From positions 930,001-994,000 of the forward strand of contig JABVCE010000002.1 in the NCBI GenBank assembly GCA_014905635.1: DNA of 64,000 nucleotides, written 5' to 3'. Below are positions 1-13,800 of the stretch, in pieces. The notes beneath the pieces are model-generated. The model was not told the origin of the DNA, did not search any database, and was given only the letters and a program-made list of their open reading frames with translations. The stretch comes from Scenedesmus sp. PABB004 (Eukaryota). The position numbers and the translations under genes are program-made. The first letter of the stretch is position 1; every line of letters begins with the position of its first letter.

Positions 1-300
1 TCCCGGCAGCTGCAATCACGACCGCTGCCGCCGACAGCTGCGCCGAGGGCGAGCAGGCAAGGGTAGGGTGGGAGGGGCGAGGTCCGGGCGCCCTCCCACG
101 CGTCGCACGAATCACGCGGGGCAAGAAAATGCTGCCTACACCATTGGGTGGCATGCCGTGCCGGATGCCTGACTGCCAAGAGCCTGCGTGCGCGCTGCGC
201 CCCTCCACACACAGAGTGAGTCTGCGCTGCACCGATCGTGGGCAAGCTATACATCACGCGCCCCGCTCGACCCGGGCCCGGCTAGCGCTCCGAGCCCCGG

Positions 301-2324
301 CTAGCGCTCCGGGCCGCGCGCGGCCGCGTCGGCCGCGTCGGCGTCGAGCGGCATGAACGTCTGCAGCACCTGGCTGGTGCGGCGGTTGAGGTGCTCCGCG
401 AGGTCGCGCACGCGCTGCCGCAGCGCATACACCTCGGCCGCCGGCATGCGCAGCACCTGCGCGCCCGCGCAGGCGGCGGCGGCGCGGCGTCGGGCGGCGC
501 CGACGCCGGCGAGCGGCGCCGCCGCCGCCGCCAGCGCAGCGGCCCCGCCGCCGCGCCGCCCCGCCCTGCCCGCGCGCGGCGCGCGGCGGCGGGCGGCGGC
601 GCGGCAGCGCAGTGGCTCACGCGCTGCATGACCTCCATCTCTCCCTCTCCGGGGGCCATGAGCAGGACGTGCTCCGGCTTGAGGAAGGTGTAGCTCGCGA
701 GCACCTTTGCGTCGGCCACGATCGGCACGCCCGTCATGAGGCTGCTCACGATCGTGCTGCTCATCTTCTGCAGCAGGTAGTTTGCGCTGCCCAGCAGCAT
801 CAGCAGCGCGTGCGTGCGGTGGATCTGCGGCGCGGCGTCGCGGCGCACGGCGGCCGCGTGTCGGCGCGCGGGCCGCGCGGCGCGGCGCCGGGCCCTGCCG
901 CCACGCCCTCGCGCGGCGCCCCCGCCGCGGCGCCCCCGCAGCGGCGCCCCCTGCGGCGCACCGTGTCGTAGTAGGCCGGGAAGCGCAGGTTGGTGTGCAC
1001 GCTCGTGAGGTTGGCGAGCACGGGCGGGATGCCGAGCGTGTGCACGTCGCCGCGGCCGACGAGGTGCATGTGGAACGGCCGCGCCGGCGGCGCCGTCGGC
1101 AGCGTCCCCGCCGCCTGCGCGGCGAGCATCTGCGCCCACACGCGCGTGTAGTTGCGCCGCGCGGTCTCAAAGTTGCCCTGTATGGAGAAGCCGCCCAGGC
1201 AGTCGGCGGGGCCGCCCTCCGCGCAGGGCGCCTGCGCGGGCTCAAACGGCCACGTCGCCATCATCCAGTGCGTGTGGATGTGCAGCACCTGGCGCGACGC
1301 CGCCGCGACGTGCGGCGCGAGCGCGGCAAAGTGCATGCGCGGGTGCAGGCCCTGGAGGCGCTGCAGCGCGTGGTTCATGCCGTTGTGCCCCAGAGCGACG
1401 GCCGTGATGGGCCGCGCCGCGTCCAGGAAGGCCTGCGGCGCCGGCGACGGGTGCGGTGGCGGGGGCGGGTGGGGTGCTGCGCAGACCGACCCCGACCGCC
1501 CTGCCGCGCCGCCGCCGCTGCTGCGCTTGCCGCCCAGCCGCCGCCGCTGCCCCCGCCGCCGCGTGCGCGCGCCGCACCGCGGTCTCGCGCTCAAAGTACT
1601 CGGGGCTGACCAGGATGGCAAAGTCGGTGCGCTCGACGTCGCGCGGGCGGCTGGGCAGCATGCGCGGCAGGTAGCCGAGCAGCTGCGTGAAGCCGGTCGC
1701 CTCGAGCAGCGCGACCGGGCTCAGCGGCGGCGTGCCCGCCTGGCCCGCCTGGTACCACGTCACGTCCACGGGCAGGCCCGAGAGGACGTGCAAGAAGCCG
1801 GCCACAATCTCAAGGTGGTACGGCGCCTCGTTGACGAGCGCGACGCGCAGCCGCCGCCCCGTGGCCTTCAGCCAGCGCTCCGCCGCGTCGGCCGGCGCGA
1901 GCGGCGGCGGCTGGTGCGGGTCGCGGTGCGCGGCCGCGGCCGCGGCCGCGGCCGCGCCGCCGCCGGCCGCCGCGGCCGCGGCCGCAGCCGCGTGCTGCTG
2001 CGCCGCGAGCGCCTGCGACGCGGCGGCGAGCTCCGCCGCGGCCGCCGCGTGCGCCTCCTGCGGCGCGGCGCCGCGCGCGGCGGGCGCGAACGCGCCGCGC
2101 CCGCCGCCCAGGCGGGGTGCCTGGTAGAGGAGGAGGTAGGTGGTGTAGGAGGACAGCAGCGCCACAAACAGCAGCGGCAGCAGCCAGGAGAGCCAGCGCA
2201 CGCAGCGCCCGCGCGCCGCGTGCTGGTGCCCGCTGCCCGGCGGCAGCGCGGCGTAGTGCGCGCCGTTGACCTTGGCGTACGGCAGCACCTGCTTGAACGC
2301 GGTCGGGCTGCGCCGCACGCTCAT
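301..2324 (-). CDS. Type II membrane protein, putative GT-B-fold glycosyltransferase-like (multi-exon)
   Basis: ATG at 2324 (MSVRRSPTAFKQ). N-terminal TM segment WLSWLLPLLFVALLSSYTTYLLLY, Ala-rich stem, then globular exons LRVALVNEAPYHLEIVAG, FSIQGNFETARRNY and KMSSTIVSSLMTGVPIVAD, the last resembling the GT-B C-terminal donor-binding segment. TAG at 301-303. The function is an inference. Confidence 0.55.
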
Positions 2325-3544
2325 GGCGGCCCACAGCCTGCCCGGTGCCTGGCGCCGCGGGCCGCGAGGCCGCGGGCCGCGGGCGGCGCGCGGCGGCGCC
2401 GGCTGCCGCCGCGGCCGCGCCGGCCCGCCGGCTGCTGGGGGCGGGGCGGCCCGGTCAGGCCCCTGCGGGCAGGCGGCGGCAGCGGCGGGCGCGGCGGTTG
2501 GCGCGGGACAGCAGCGCGCGCGGCAGCGGGCGGCGGCGTGGCGGCCGGCGCCGCGCGGCGGCGGCGCCGCTGGCCACCCGGCTGGCCTGGCTGCCGTGGC
2601 GAGTGCGTGTGGAGCGGGTCCAGCAGGGGCCACTGCTTCCTGGAGGCCTCGAGGGCTGCTGGCCGCTGGCCCTGCCGCCCCGCGCGCCCGCCAGCCCCCG
2701 GCGGGCCCTCCAGCGCGCCCTACGCGGTGGTCTGCGTCCCACGCACCTTGGCGTGGGGCTTTTCCCTTGCCTAGCTGCAGCGACAGTTGAACGATGGCTG
2801 GCGCTGCCTCCCCGCAGGCGGTCGCTCCTGGCCCACCTCGCCGCCACAGCAACACAAGGTGCCGCCAATTGGCTACGCGCCTCGCGCAGCCCGCATGCGG
2901 CCTCGACCGGGCAGGCACTCGGCTGCTGCTGCCGGGCGCGGGGTCAGCGGCGTGCGGCGGGGGCGAGTTCGGACGAGCGCAGTGGCCAGGACGCCGCTGC
3001 GGCGGGGCGAGCCGCCACGCCGCAAGACCGCGCCGCCGGGACCTGCGCGTGGCGCCGCCGCGCCAGCGGCTTGTCGCGGATCGCCCTTCACTGCCGTGGA
3101 TCGCACGCTCGTTTACCATGGCGGGCCGCGGCCGGTTCGTCCGCGGCCGTGCGGCGCGCGCCGCCGAGCCGCCCCCGCGCGCGCGAGCGCGCGCGAGAGA
3201 GCGCGTCGAGCAATCGGAGTTCTCCAGTGCAGGCAGTTGGCGCTAACGTGCTGTGCGCCCGGCAGCACACACCCACAACAACAATGAGAGCTGTGGCGCG
3301 CCGCGGCGCCCTGGCAGGCGCGCGCTCCCAGGCAGGAGGGGCGCGGGGCGGGGCCGGGCGGCGGCCACGCCCGCGCGGCCGCCGCCCGCCCCGCCCTTCT
3401 TGGCTTGTGGCAGTCGCCGCGGGCCCGCCGGCCCGCCGTGTGTGTCGCCAATAATCACCGCACCGCTGCGCCCCGCCCCGCGGCCGCGCCCCGCGGCGCG
3501 GGGCCCCCCGCTCGAGCCCCCAGAGCCCCCGCCGCCGCCGCGCC

Positions 3545-6500
3545 TCACGCCGGCGTGGGCGACACGGCGGCGGGCAGCTCGCCCTCCTCCACCTTCTCCT
3601 CCTCCTTCTTCTCCTTCTTGGGCGCGAGGTAGCCGATGGACGTGCCTGCGCGAGCGCCGCGGCGCGGCGGGCCCCGCGCGCGCGCGGTGTCAGCCGGCGC
3701 GTCCGCCGGCGGGAGGGCGCGCGGCGCGCGCGCTGGGCGCGCGCGCGCGCGCTGGCCGCGCGCACCCGAGAGGTCGGCGAGGGCCTGGAGCTCGCTGAGG
3801 TGCTTCTTGCGGAAGTTGTTGAGGTGGGTGTTGATCTCGTCGGGCTGCAGGTTGAACTGGCTCAGCACGCTCGCGGCGAGCTGCATCGACGGCTCAAGCG
3901 TCTCGGGCACCACGACCGTCGCGCCGGCCTTCTCGAGGTTGAGCCCGTGCGTCACGTCGTGCGCGCGCGCGTAGGTCCGGATGTTGGGGAAGTGCTTCTG
4001 CATCGCCCAGACCGCGCGGTAGTTGGCGCCCGGCGTGTCGAGCGTGATGACCGCGCACGCGGCGCGCTCCGCGCCGACGCTGTGCAGCACCGCGGGGCTG
4101 CCCGCGTCGCCAAAGTAGATGGGCAGGTCGCCCGCCTTGCCCGCCGCGACCCTGCGGCCGGGCGGCAGGGCGGCAGGGCGGCGGGCGGGCGGCGGCGCGC
4201 GGGCGTGGGCGCGGCGCGCGCGGGCGGGGTGCGCGCGCGCGCCACGGCCCACGCGCGCGCCCCCGACGCCGGCGCGTGCGCGCCGCGTGCGCGGCGGCGG
4301 CGCGCGCGCGCCTGTTGCTGTCGACGTCGAGCGCGACAAAGGGGATGACGAGCTCGCTGAGCATCTGCGCGATGATCTGCCCCGACCGCCCGTAGCCGGC
4401 GATGATCACGTGGTTGCGCAGCTCCGCGACCTCGCTGTCGTTCGGCTGCAGCGTCTTCATGTCTGCGCAGCGCGGCGGCGGCCGCGGCGTCGGCGCGCGG
4501 GCGGGCGCAGAGGCGCGCGAGCGCGGTGCGCGCGCGGCGCCCGGGGGCCCACGCGTGGCGCACCGGAGCGCTCAAAGAGCACGCCGAGGCGGCCGCCGAG
4601 CGCGGCGAGGTACGGCACGAGGGCCATGGAGAGCGCGACGACCATGTAGAGCTCGCCGGTCAGCGCCTCGGGCAGCACGCCCTTGGACACGGCCTCGCCA
4701 AACGCGACGAACGCAAACTCGCCGCCCGTACCCAGCAGCAGGCCTGGGAGGCAGGGCGCGCGGGGGCGCGTGAGGGCACGGCGTCGTGCGCGCGGGCGCG
4801 GCAGAGCGCGGCGCGCGGCGCGGGCGCGCACCCGCGCGCAGCGAGGCGAGGCGCGAGAGGCCAAACATCTGCCCCGCCGCGACCATGACGCCGAGCTTGC
4901 CCGCCACGAGCACCGTGATGGCGGCCATGATCATCTTCCACTTGGCAACAAAGAGGCCCACGCTGATCTGCATGCCTGCGCGACGCATGCCCCCCGCCGC
5001 GGCGGCGGCGCGCTGTGAGCTCCAGCGCTGCGCAAGCAGAGAGGCCGCCCCGCCCCGCTCGGAGCCACGCGCCCGCCCCTGTCCGCCCGCCCCTGTCCGC
5101 CCCCTGACGTCAGCAGCGCTGTCGTCGCACCGACGGTCATGAAGAACAGCCCCATGAGCAGGCCCTTGTAGGGCGCGATGTCGCTCTCCACCTGCAGCAC
5201 GTACTCCGTCTCCGCGATCAGCAGGCCAGCCAGGAACGCGCCCAGCGCCAGCGACAGCCCTGCGCGGGCGCGCGGCCGGCGGCGGCTCGCCGGGCGCGCC
5301 CCAGGCGCCTGCACGGCGGCGCGCGGGGGCGCGGCCCACGCAGGACGGCGGCCGCGCGGCGCAGCGCGCACCCGCTAGCTGCGTCATGAGCGACGTGCCG
5401 AGCACCACGAGCAGCGTCGTCGCGGCAAAGATCTCGGCGTTGGCGAGCTGGCTGATCTTCTTGTACAGCGGCCGGATGAGCAGGCGGCCGCCGCCGACGA
5501 TGCCCACGATCGCCGCGACCGCCTTGACCGCGGCGAGGCCGAGCGCCTGCGGCAGAGGGGGGAAGGATGGGCAGGCGGCGCACGTTGGCGCGTGCGCGCT
5601 GCGCGGTGCGTCGTGCTCCTGCTGCGTGCTGCGTGCTGCGTGTGCTGCGTGCTGCGCGTGCTGCGCGCCGCGCGGCCACGCCGGCCGCACCGTCGCGATC
5701 TTGGCCATGCCCGTGGACGCGCCGGACGGGTCGGGCGCGAGCAGGGGGATGAGCATGAGCAGCACCACGACCGCGAGGTCCTGGAACAGCAGCACGCTGA
5801 ACGTCGCGCGCCCGTGGCGGCTGCCCATCTCGCCGCGGTCCTCCAGCACCTGGCGGCGGCAGCGGGTCGGCGGCGGCGGCGGACGCGTTGGCGGGCGCAG
5901 GCGTGCTCGCTGCTGGGCCGGGCGCGCCGGCGCGTGCCGCCGCCGCGCGCGCGCCTGGATGGCGACCGCGGTCGTGCTCATCGCGAGCGCGCCGCCGAGG
6001 ATGATGGCGGAGGGCCCCGGCAGCTGCGCGAGGTTGACCGCGAAGAACGCGACGCCCAGCAGCGTCAGCACGACCTGCGCGCGGCGGCGCGCGGCGGACG
6101 GGTCGGCGGCGGGCGCACCAGCGGCGCCGGCGGCGGCGCGCGGCGCGGCCGCGCCGCTGCCGCGGCGCGGCGCCTCACCTGCGCGGCGCCCATGCCGAAG
6201 ACGTACTTTGCCATCGACTGCAGGCGCTCGAGGCTGAGCTCGAGGCCGATGTTGAAGAGCAGGAAGACCACGCCCAGCTCGGCGAGGTGCTGCACGCTGT
6301 GCACGTCGCTGATGAGGTTCAGCGCGTGCGGGCCGACCAGCGCGCCGCCGATCTGCGCGCACGCGCGGCGGGGCGCGCGGCGCGCGGCGCGTGGGCGGGT
6401 CGCCGGCGGCGCGCAGGGCCGGCGGCGGCGGGCGCAGCTGCGGCGGGCGGCGCGGGCGCGGCGCAGAGCGGGGGCACAGCTGCGGCGCGGCGCGGCGCAC

Positions 6501-8014
6501 CAGGTAGCCCAGCACGGGGCTGCCGCCGGGGATGAGCTTGCAGACGGCGGGCACGCACACGATGCTGGTGAGCAGCAGCCAGATCGTCTCCAGCAGCCCG
6601 CGCTCGGCGGCGCCGATGTGGATGGGGCCGATGCGCTCCGCGACGCTCGCGCCCAGGCCCTGCACCGCGGCGACGAGCGACTGCGCGCGGCGGCGGCGGG
6701 GGCGCGGGCGGGCGCGGGCGTGAGGGGAGGGGAGGGGCGCGTGAGTCGCCAGCGCGCCGTCTGCCGTGCCGGCGCGCACGCCGCACGCCGCCGGCGCGCA
6801 CGCCGCACGCCGCCGCCGCCGCACCTGGCCCGCCGCGGTCTGCAAGAACGCGTACGCGAGGCCCAGCCCCACCGCGACGCCGCCCAGCTGCATCAGCTGC
6901 GCCTTGGCCTGGGCCGCCTTGGCCGCCTTGGCCGCCTCCGCCGGCGGGTAGGCCGCGGGCGCCGGCGTCGCCGCCGGCGCGGGCGCAGCCGCCGCCGGCG
7001 CCGACGCGTCGCCGTCCACGGACATCAGCAGCGCGCCCGCAGCGGCGCCCGCGCCGCCGGTGAGGCTGTCCAGCAGCTGGATCGCGTCCGCCGCGCCGCC
7101 GGCGGCGGGCTTGCCGGCGGCGCCGTCGGCCGCCGCGGCGGCGCCGCCGGCACCGCCATCGACCGACGCGAGCACCGACGTCATCTCGGCGACGACCGCC
7201 TTGGCCGACTCGCCGCTGAGGGCCTGCAGGTCCTGCAGCGTCGACGCGAGCGCCGTCTGCGTCGCCGACACGACCGTCGCGGCCTCGACCTCGTCCTTGA
7301 CCGCGCTCTCGACCGCCTGCATCGCCGCCGCGGCGACCTGGTCGAGGTCGACGTCCCCGCCCTCCGCGTTGACCGCCTGCTCAAACAGCGCGCACACCTG
7401 CGGCGCGCCGCGCACGCGGGGGCGGTCGGCGCCGGCCGGCGCCGCCGCGGGCGGCGCGCCGCGCGCCCGAGCCCTAGGGTTGTCTCAGCAGCGGCGGCCG
7501 CAGCAGCGCCCGCCGCCCGCGCTGCGCGCGGCCGCGCCGCGGGCTGCCGATTGCCGCGGCGCCGCGCCGGCGGCGGCGGGTCGCCGTGTCGGCTCGCCGG
7601 CGCACCTCCGCCTCCAGCGCCTCCCGCACGCCGGTGGCCTTGGTGTGCATGTTGATGGCGTCCTGCAGCGCGACCTTGAGCGGCTGCAGCCGCGCCTGCC
7701 GCAGCGCCTGCACCGAGGTGTCGGCCACATTCGTCGGCACCTGCGGACGCGCGGCGCGCGTGAATGGCAGCCCCGCGGCGCGGCCCGGGCGCGCCCCGCG
7801 CGGCGGGCAGGCGCACCTCTGCCGCGGGCGCGGGGGGCTCCTCTGCTGCCGGCGGAGCATCCTCGGTGGCGGCACGCGGCACCGGGAACCTCCTCAGCCC
7901 CAGCGCCGGGCGCGACAGGGCGGCCCGGCGCGGCAGGGCGCCCGGGCGAACGCATGCCGGCGCGGCCCCGACGGCGCAGGCCGGCCCGCGGGCCCGCAGT
8001 CCCAGGGCTGCCAT
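3545..8014 (-). CDS. KEA2: Chloroplast K+/H+ efflux antiporter, KEA1/KEA2 type (CPA2 domain + TrkA-N/KTN), about 14 exons
   Basis: Transit-peptide-like start [10 protein letters not shown]. Motifs [98 protein letters not shown] and [18 protein letters not shown] at 3545-3547. Confidence 0.95.
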
Positions 8015-8961
8015 CGTTCGCGCTCGGCGGCGCGCTGGTCCGCTGGCTGCGGCGCTGCGGCGCTGCGGCGAGCGGCAGCGGCGGCAGCAGCGGCACGCGC
8101 GGGGCCGGCGGCGCGGCGGGGAGGACGCTTGGCTGGCGCCGGGTGTGGGGCGCTGGGATCGTGGCACGCCGCGGCGCTGCGCGGCGCAGAACCATCGGGC
8201 CCTGATGCCCGAGGCCGCCGGTCGACCGTGCAAGCACGCTGCCGCGCGGCCACGCCGCCGCCGCCGCGCTGCCGTCAGTCTTATCAGCTGTGCCCCACCG
8301 CCGCGGTGCCGCCGCCTGGGCCGGGCGGCCCACGCCTGGCCAGTGGCGCGCGGCCGGCGACTCGGCGGCGCGCGCACCCGCCGCGCACCCGCCGCGCACC
8401 CGCCGCGCACCCGCCGCGCCGCCGTCGGCTCGTCCAGCAGGCCGCCTCAGGTGGGACACACCCGTGGCACGACCAGCTCCGCCGCCGCAGGCGCGGCGGC
8501 CCCCGCACGGCGGCGCCGGTGCGGCGCCACGCGCGGCGCCTGGCAGTGCCCCAAACCGCGCAGCCCGCGCTCCAGGGGCCCCCCGCCCGCGCGCCCGCCC
8601 GTTTCTCACCGCTCCCTGCGCAGTGTGCGCGCCGGCAGCTCTCTCTCGTGGCCCTGCGCGGGGCAGGGCAGGCACGCCCCCGCTCGCGCGCCCCAGCGCG
8701 CTCCCCGCGGCCAGGGGGCGCGTGGGGAGGCGCGCCTGTTGCCTCTGGTCTCGTGAGGAAAGGACGGGCCGAAGCTGCGCCGGTAAGCCGCCGAAGGCGC
8801 CCCGAGCGCGCCGCGGGGCGCCTGGCGCGCGCGGAGCGGCGCCCGCGCGACGCCAGCACCTGAGTTGGCCGGGGGACGGTTCGCCCCGGCCTGTGGCGCG
8901 CGGGCGCGGCCTCGCGGGGTGCGGTCTGACCGCGGGGCCGGCTGCCGCATTCGCAGGCACA

Positions 8962-10174
8962 ATGGCCGCCGAGGGCGCCGTAGACGAGGCGGCCCTGCGC
9001 GCCGCCGCGCCCTGGCTGGCGGACTGCCCCGAGCTCTGCATCAGCGGCGTCACGGCGCGCCTGCTGGGAGGTGCGGCGCTGCAGGAGGCCGGGTTGTTGC
9101 CCGCTGCTGCTCGGGCGCGCCCCGGTCGCGCGGGGGGCATAAACGGCGGCACCGCCAGCCCTCGATCGGGGCTTGGGTCCGTATACACCGGCCCGGCCGG
9201 TCCGCGCACGCATGCGCGGCGGGATCGGCGCGGCGCGCCGCCCGGCGCCGCGCGCAGCAGCGGGCGGCGCCGCAGCCCGCCCGCCGCTGCCGGCGCGTGC
9301 GCGCAGCCCCACGCCGCCGCCGCCGCCGCCGCCGCCTCCCCGCAGGCACCAGCTCCGACGCCTGCGCGATCTATGCGCGGTGCCAGTGCGCGCCGTGCGC
9401 GGCGGCGCCGGGCGGCGGCGGCGCGCGCACGCTGGAGTCGCTCGTGCAGCACGTCACCGGCGACGAGGTGCCGCCGGGCACGGGCAACAGCATCTGCCGC
9501 AACTTCCTCCTCGTCCAGGGCGGCCCCAGCCAGGTGCGGCGCCGGGCCAGCGCGGCGGCGGGCGGGGCTCCCGGGGAGCCTCCGGCCGCGCCCCGACGCG
9601 GCCTACCCCACCCCCCCCTCTCGCGCGCGCGCGCGCCCGCGCTGCCCAGGTGCCGTTCAAGGCGCACATGCGGGCCGTGGGCGAGCAGCTCGGCGGCGCG
9701 CGCCTGGCCGGCACGGCGGTGTGGGTGTACCGCTTCGACGCGCCCGCGCTCGCCGCCGCCGGCGCGGCGCCGGGCGCGGGGCTGTGGGCGCGCGCGCGCG
9801 TGGCGGGCTACAACGACGCCAGCGGCGAGCACCGGGTGCGTGGCGGCGGCGGCGCGGCGGCGGGGCGCGCGGCGGGCGGGCGCGGCAGCCCGGGCCGCGC
9901 GCGCGCTCGCGCTCACGCGCCGCCCGCCGGCGCGTGGCTGGCTGCAGGTTGAGTACCTGCAGGGCGGGCCGCTGGCGGGGCAGGCGGCGTCGGTCTTCAT
10001 GGGCGCCACGCACGTGCACTTTGGCGACGTGCCGCCGCGCGCCGGCGAGCCGCCCAACCGCGTGCCCCCGGGCGGGCTGGCCTCCGAGCAGCCGCCGGCG
10101 GCGCTGCAGCCGGCGGCGCCCGAGCCGGCCACGGGCGGGCAGCCGCAGCAGCAGGAGCAGCAGCAGGAGCAGCA

Positions 10175-10238
<64 letters not shown>

Positions 10239-12624
10239 CAGCAGCAGCTGCCCGACCAGCCGCAGCAGCAGGCGCAGCCGCTGGACCAGGACGCGGCCAT
10301 GCACGAGGCGGAGCCCGCGGCCGCCGCTGCCGAGGACGCGGCGGTCAAGGCGGAGCCGGGCACCAGCCCGCCGCCCGCGCGGCTGCCCAGCAAGCGGCAG
10401 GCGGCGCTCGCGGCGCCCGCGCACTGGGCGGCGGCGGGCATGACCGTCGGCGGCGGTGCCGCCAAGCGCGAGGCGGCCAGCGCAAAGCGCGAGTCCGCCG
10501 CGCCCAAGCGGCAGCGCCTGTCGAGCGCCGGCGGCGGCGGCGGCCGCGCGCTGGGCGCGCTGCCGCCCGGGTACGTGACGCTGCCGTTTGCGGAGATGGC
10601 CAAGGCGCCGGGGCTGACGCCGGAGCAGCGGCAGCACTTCATCCTCATGGCCGCGCACCAGCAGTACCTCAGCAGCCCCTCCCCCGCAGCGGCTGCGGGC
10701 GGCCCCACCGCCGTGCCGCACCCGTCGGGCAAGATGCGCGGCGGCGGCCGCGGGCACGGCTACGACGTCGCGACCAAGACCTCGCGCTTCAGGCGCGCCG
10801 CCGCGCCGCGCTGCGCTGCGCCGCGCCGGCAGGCAGGGAGCGCAGCCGCACGCTCCGCCGCGCCGCCGCGCCCCGCGCCCACGCGCCGCCGCCGCGGCCG
10901 CCGCCGCCGCCGCGGCGCAGGGGCGTGAGCTGGAACAAGCGCACGCTCAAGTGGCAGGTCACGCTGTACGCGCGCGGGCGGTACCGGTACTTTGGGAGCT
11001 ACACCAACCAGGAGGAGGCGGCGTGCGCGTACGACCGCGCCGCGCTCGTGTGGAAGGGCCCGTCCGCACAGCTCAACTTCCCGGCGAGCACCTACCTGCG
11101 CGGCAACCAGCGCGTGCAGCTGCAGGCGCTGCAGGACCAGGCGCAGCGCGAGGCGGCGCGGGGGCACGAGCCGCCGCCGGAGCTGCCCTACGGCGAGGCC
11201 GCACCGCCGCGCTGGAGGCGGTCGTGGCCAAGGAGGAGGCGGAGGCCGCGGCCGCGGCCGCCGCGGCCGCGGCGGCGGCGAGCGCGACGCGCTGCCCGCG
11301 CGCTCCGGCCGGCGGCGCAGCAGCGAGCCGGGCGAGCCGGGCAGCCGGCGCAGCAGCGGCGGCGGCGGCGGCGACGGCTCCGGCGACCAGGCCGGCGACA
11401 GCGACGACGGCGACGGCGGCGCGGACGACCAGGCCGGCGGCGACGCGTCGCTGGCGGGCGGGCTGAAGAAGAAGCGCAAGCGCAAGGCCGCGGGCAAGCT
11501 CTTCACGCGCAAGAAGATCCACAAGGCAGACCTCGCGGCCAACGCGCTCGCGGTCTACACCGCGGCGGCGCTGGCCGACCCCGCCGCGCACATCCAGCGC
11601 TTTGTGCAGGGCAACCGCCGCGGCGGCACGCCGCGGCTGCCGATCTCGGCCGCCATGCTCGGGCTCACGCCCGAGCAGCACGTCGTGGCGGAGGCCACGG
11701 CCGCGGCCGCGGCCGCGGCGGCCGCGGGGCGCGCCGTCGGCGCGGCCAAGCGCAAGCCCGGCCGCCCGCCCAAGTTTCCGCCGCCGTCGCGCGCCGCGCC
11801 CCGGGCGGCGCCCGCGGCGGCGCGCAAGCACGAGCCGGCCTCGCCGCCCGCGGCCGCGTCGGCGGGCGCCGCGTCGGCGGCCGTGGTCAAGTCGGAGGAC
11901 GGCGAGGGCCAGCCGCGCCGCAGCAGCCGCGGCGGCAGCGCCGACCCGGCGCTGCCCGGCGGCGACGCCTCGGCCGCCACCGGCGACGGCGCCGCCGGCG
12001 GCGAGGCGCGCCCGAGCCGCGGCGGCAGCGCCGCGCCGAGCGCGAGCGCCGCCACCGGCAGCGGCAGCGGCAGCGACGATGGCGGCGAGGGCGACGCCGT
12101 CGGCGAGGCCGGCGAGGGCGACGCCGAGGGCGGCGGGATGCGGCGCAGCCAGCGCCAGGCGGCGCGGCGCGCGCGCAAGCGCACCGCGCGGCGCATGGCC
12201 AGCGTCGTCAACGCGCGCCCCGACGGGCTGTGGGGCCGCCTCATGCAGCACGCCGGCAGCGACACGGGCAGCAGCGACGCGGAGCCGGCGCCGCCGGAGG
12301 GCCTGGAGGCGGGCGACCTGGAGGCCATGACCGCGGGCGCGGCCGCCGCGGGCGTGTCGCCGGCGGCGGTCATCGCGGCGCACGAGCAGGCGGTGCGCAG
12401 CCTCGACGCCGGGCGCGGCCGCGGCCGCGGCGCGCGGCGCAGCGGCGTGCGCCGCAGCGGCGCGCGGCGCAGCGGCTCGCGCCCCAGCACGGCCATGGCC
12501 GCGCGCATGGCGGAGCTGAACGCGCAGTACGCCGCGCTGGGCGGCGTCTACGGCGACCCGCCGGCCGGCGGCGACAGCGGCGGCTCCGATGCCGAGCGCG
12601 CCGGCTCGCCCACGGGCTCGCGCA

Positions 12625-12669
<45 letters not shown>

Positions 12670-13746
12670 GCGGCGGCGACGACGGCGACGACGACGACGA
12701 CCGGCTGGGCGACGACGACGCGGACGTCGCCGCGCTGCTGCTGGGCCTCACGAGCGGGCTCGGGCACGCGCGCGGCGGCGGCGCGGGCGGCGGCGGCGCG
12801 GAGCTGGACGCCATCATGCACGCGGCGGAGGCGATGGAGGCGCACGACGGCGGCGCGCGCAGCGGCGACGCCGCCGACTGGGGCGCGCGGCGCGGCGGCC
12901 GCGTGCTGCCCGTGCGCAGCGATCGGGGCATCAACCCCAAGTACGCCGACCGCGAGGACTGGGAGCCGCGCACGCAGCGCGCGCCGCGCGGCCGCGGCCG
13001 CGGCCGCGCGGGCAGCGCCGGCCGCGCCGGCAGCGCCGGCCGCTCGGGCGGCGCCGCGGGGCCGCGCGGCGGCGCCTTCGGCGGCGCGCCGGGCGGCGGC
13101 GCCTTCTTCCCGGGCGCGGCGGGGCCGCTCGGCGCGATGTGGGGCGCCATGGCCGGCTTTGGCGGCCTGCCCGGCGGCCTGCACCCGGGCATGATGCTGC
13201 CCGCCGCGCTCATGCCCGGCGCCGGCCCCGCCTGGCCCGGCGCGGGCGGCGGCGGCAGCGGCGGCGCGGCGCGGCGCGGCGCCGGCGCCGGCGGCGACGG
13301 CAGCGGCAGCGAGGGCGAGGGCGAGGGCGACGCCGCCGCCGACGCCGCGGCGGCGGCCGCGTCGGCCGCGCGCGTCGCGGCGCTGCCGCCGGCCGCGGCG
13401 GCGCAGGCGTTTGTGTGTGTCATGTTCAGCGCCTTTACGAGCGGCGCGCCGCGCCAGCTGGCCGAGTTCCAGGCCCTCTACCACCAGGTGCTCATGGCGC
13501 AGCCGGCCACGATGAGCGCGGTCATGGCGCTGCTCTTCCAGTTTGGCAGCCAGATGGGCGCCAGCATGGCGGCGCGCGGCGGCGCCGGCGGCGCGCCGCC
13601 CGGCGCGCCCGGGCCCATGGCCGCCGCGCTCGCGGGCATGGGCATGGGCATGGCCGGCGCGGGCGGCAGCGGCAGCGGCGCGCCCGCCGGCGGCAGCGGC
13701 GGCGCGCGGCGGCCGGGCGGCAGCGGCGGCATGGCGCCGCCCGCGC

Positions 13747-13800
<54 letters not shown>

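Noticed and set aside
8371..8418. Short tandem repeats (CCGCGCACCCG here, GTGCTGC near 5620, GCAGGTGAG near 40700, CA-rich near 37730) as a possible CRISPR-like or mobile array
   Set aside because: No spacers, terminal repeats or associated genes. These are ordinary micro- and minisatellites.
11195..13750. Three frame changes in the AP2 gene (about 11203, 11275 and 13746) suggesting programmed frameshifting or pseudogenisation
   Set aside because: Each is repaired by adding one base in a GC-rich run, no slippery heptamer is visible, and similar shifts occur in the CNBD gene. Long-read deletion errors are the simplest explanation; raw reads would settle it.
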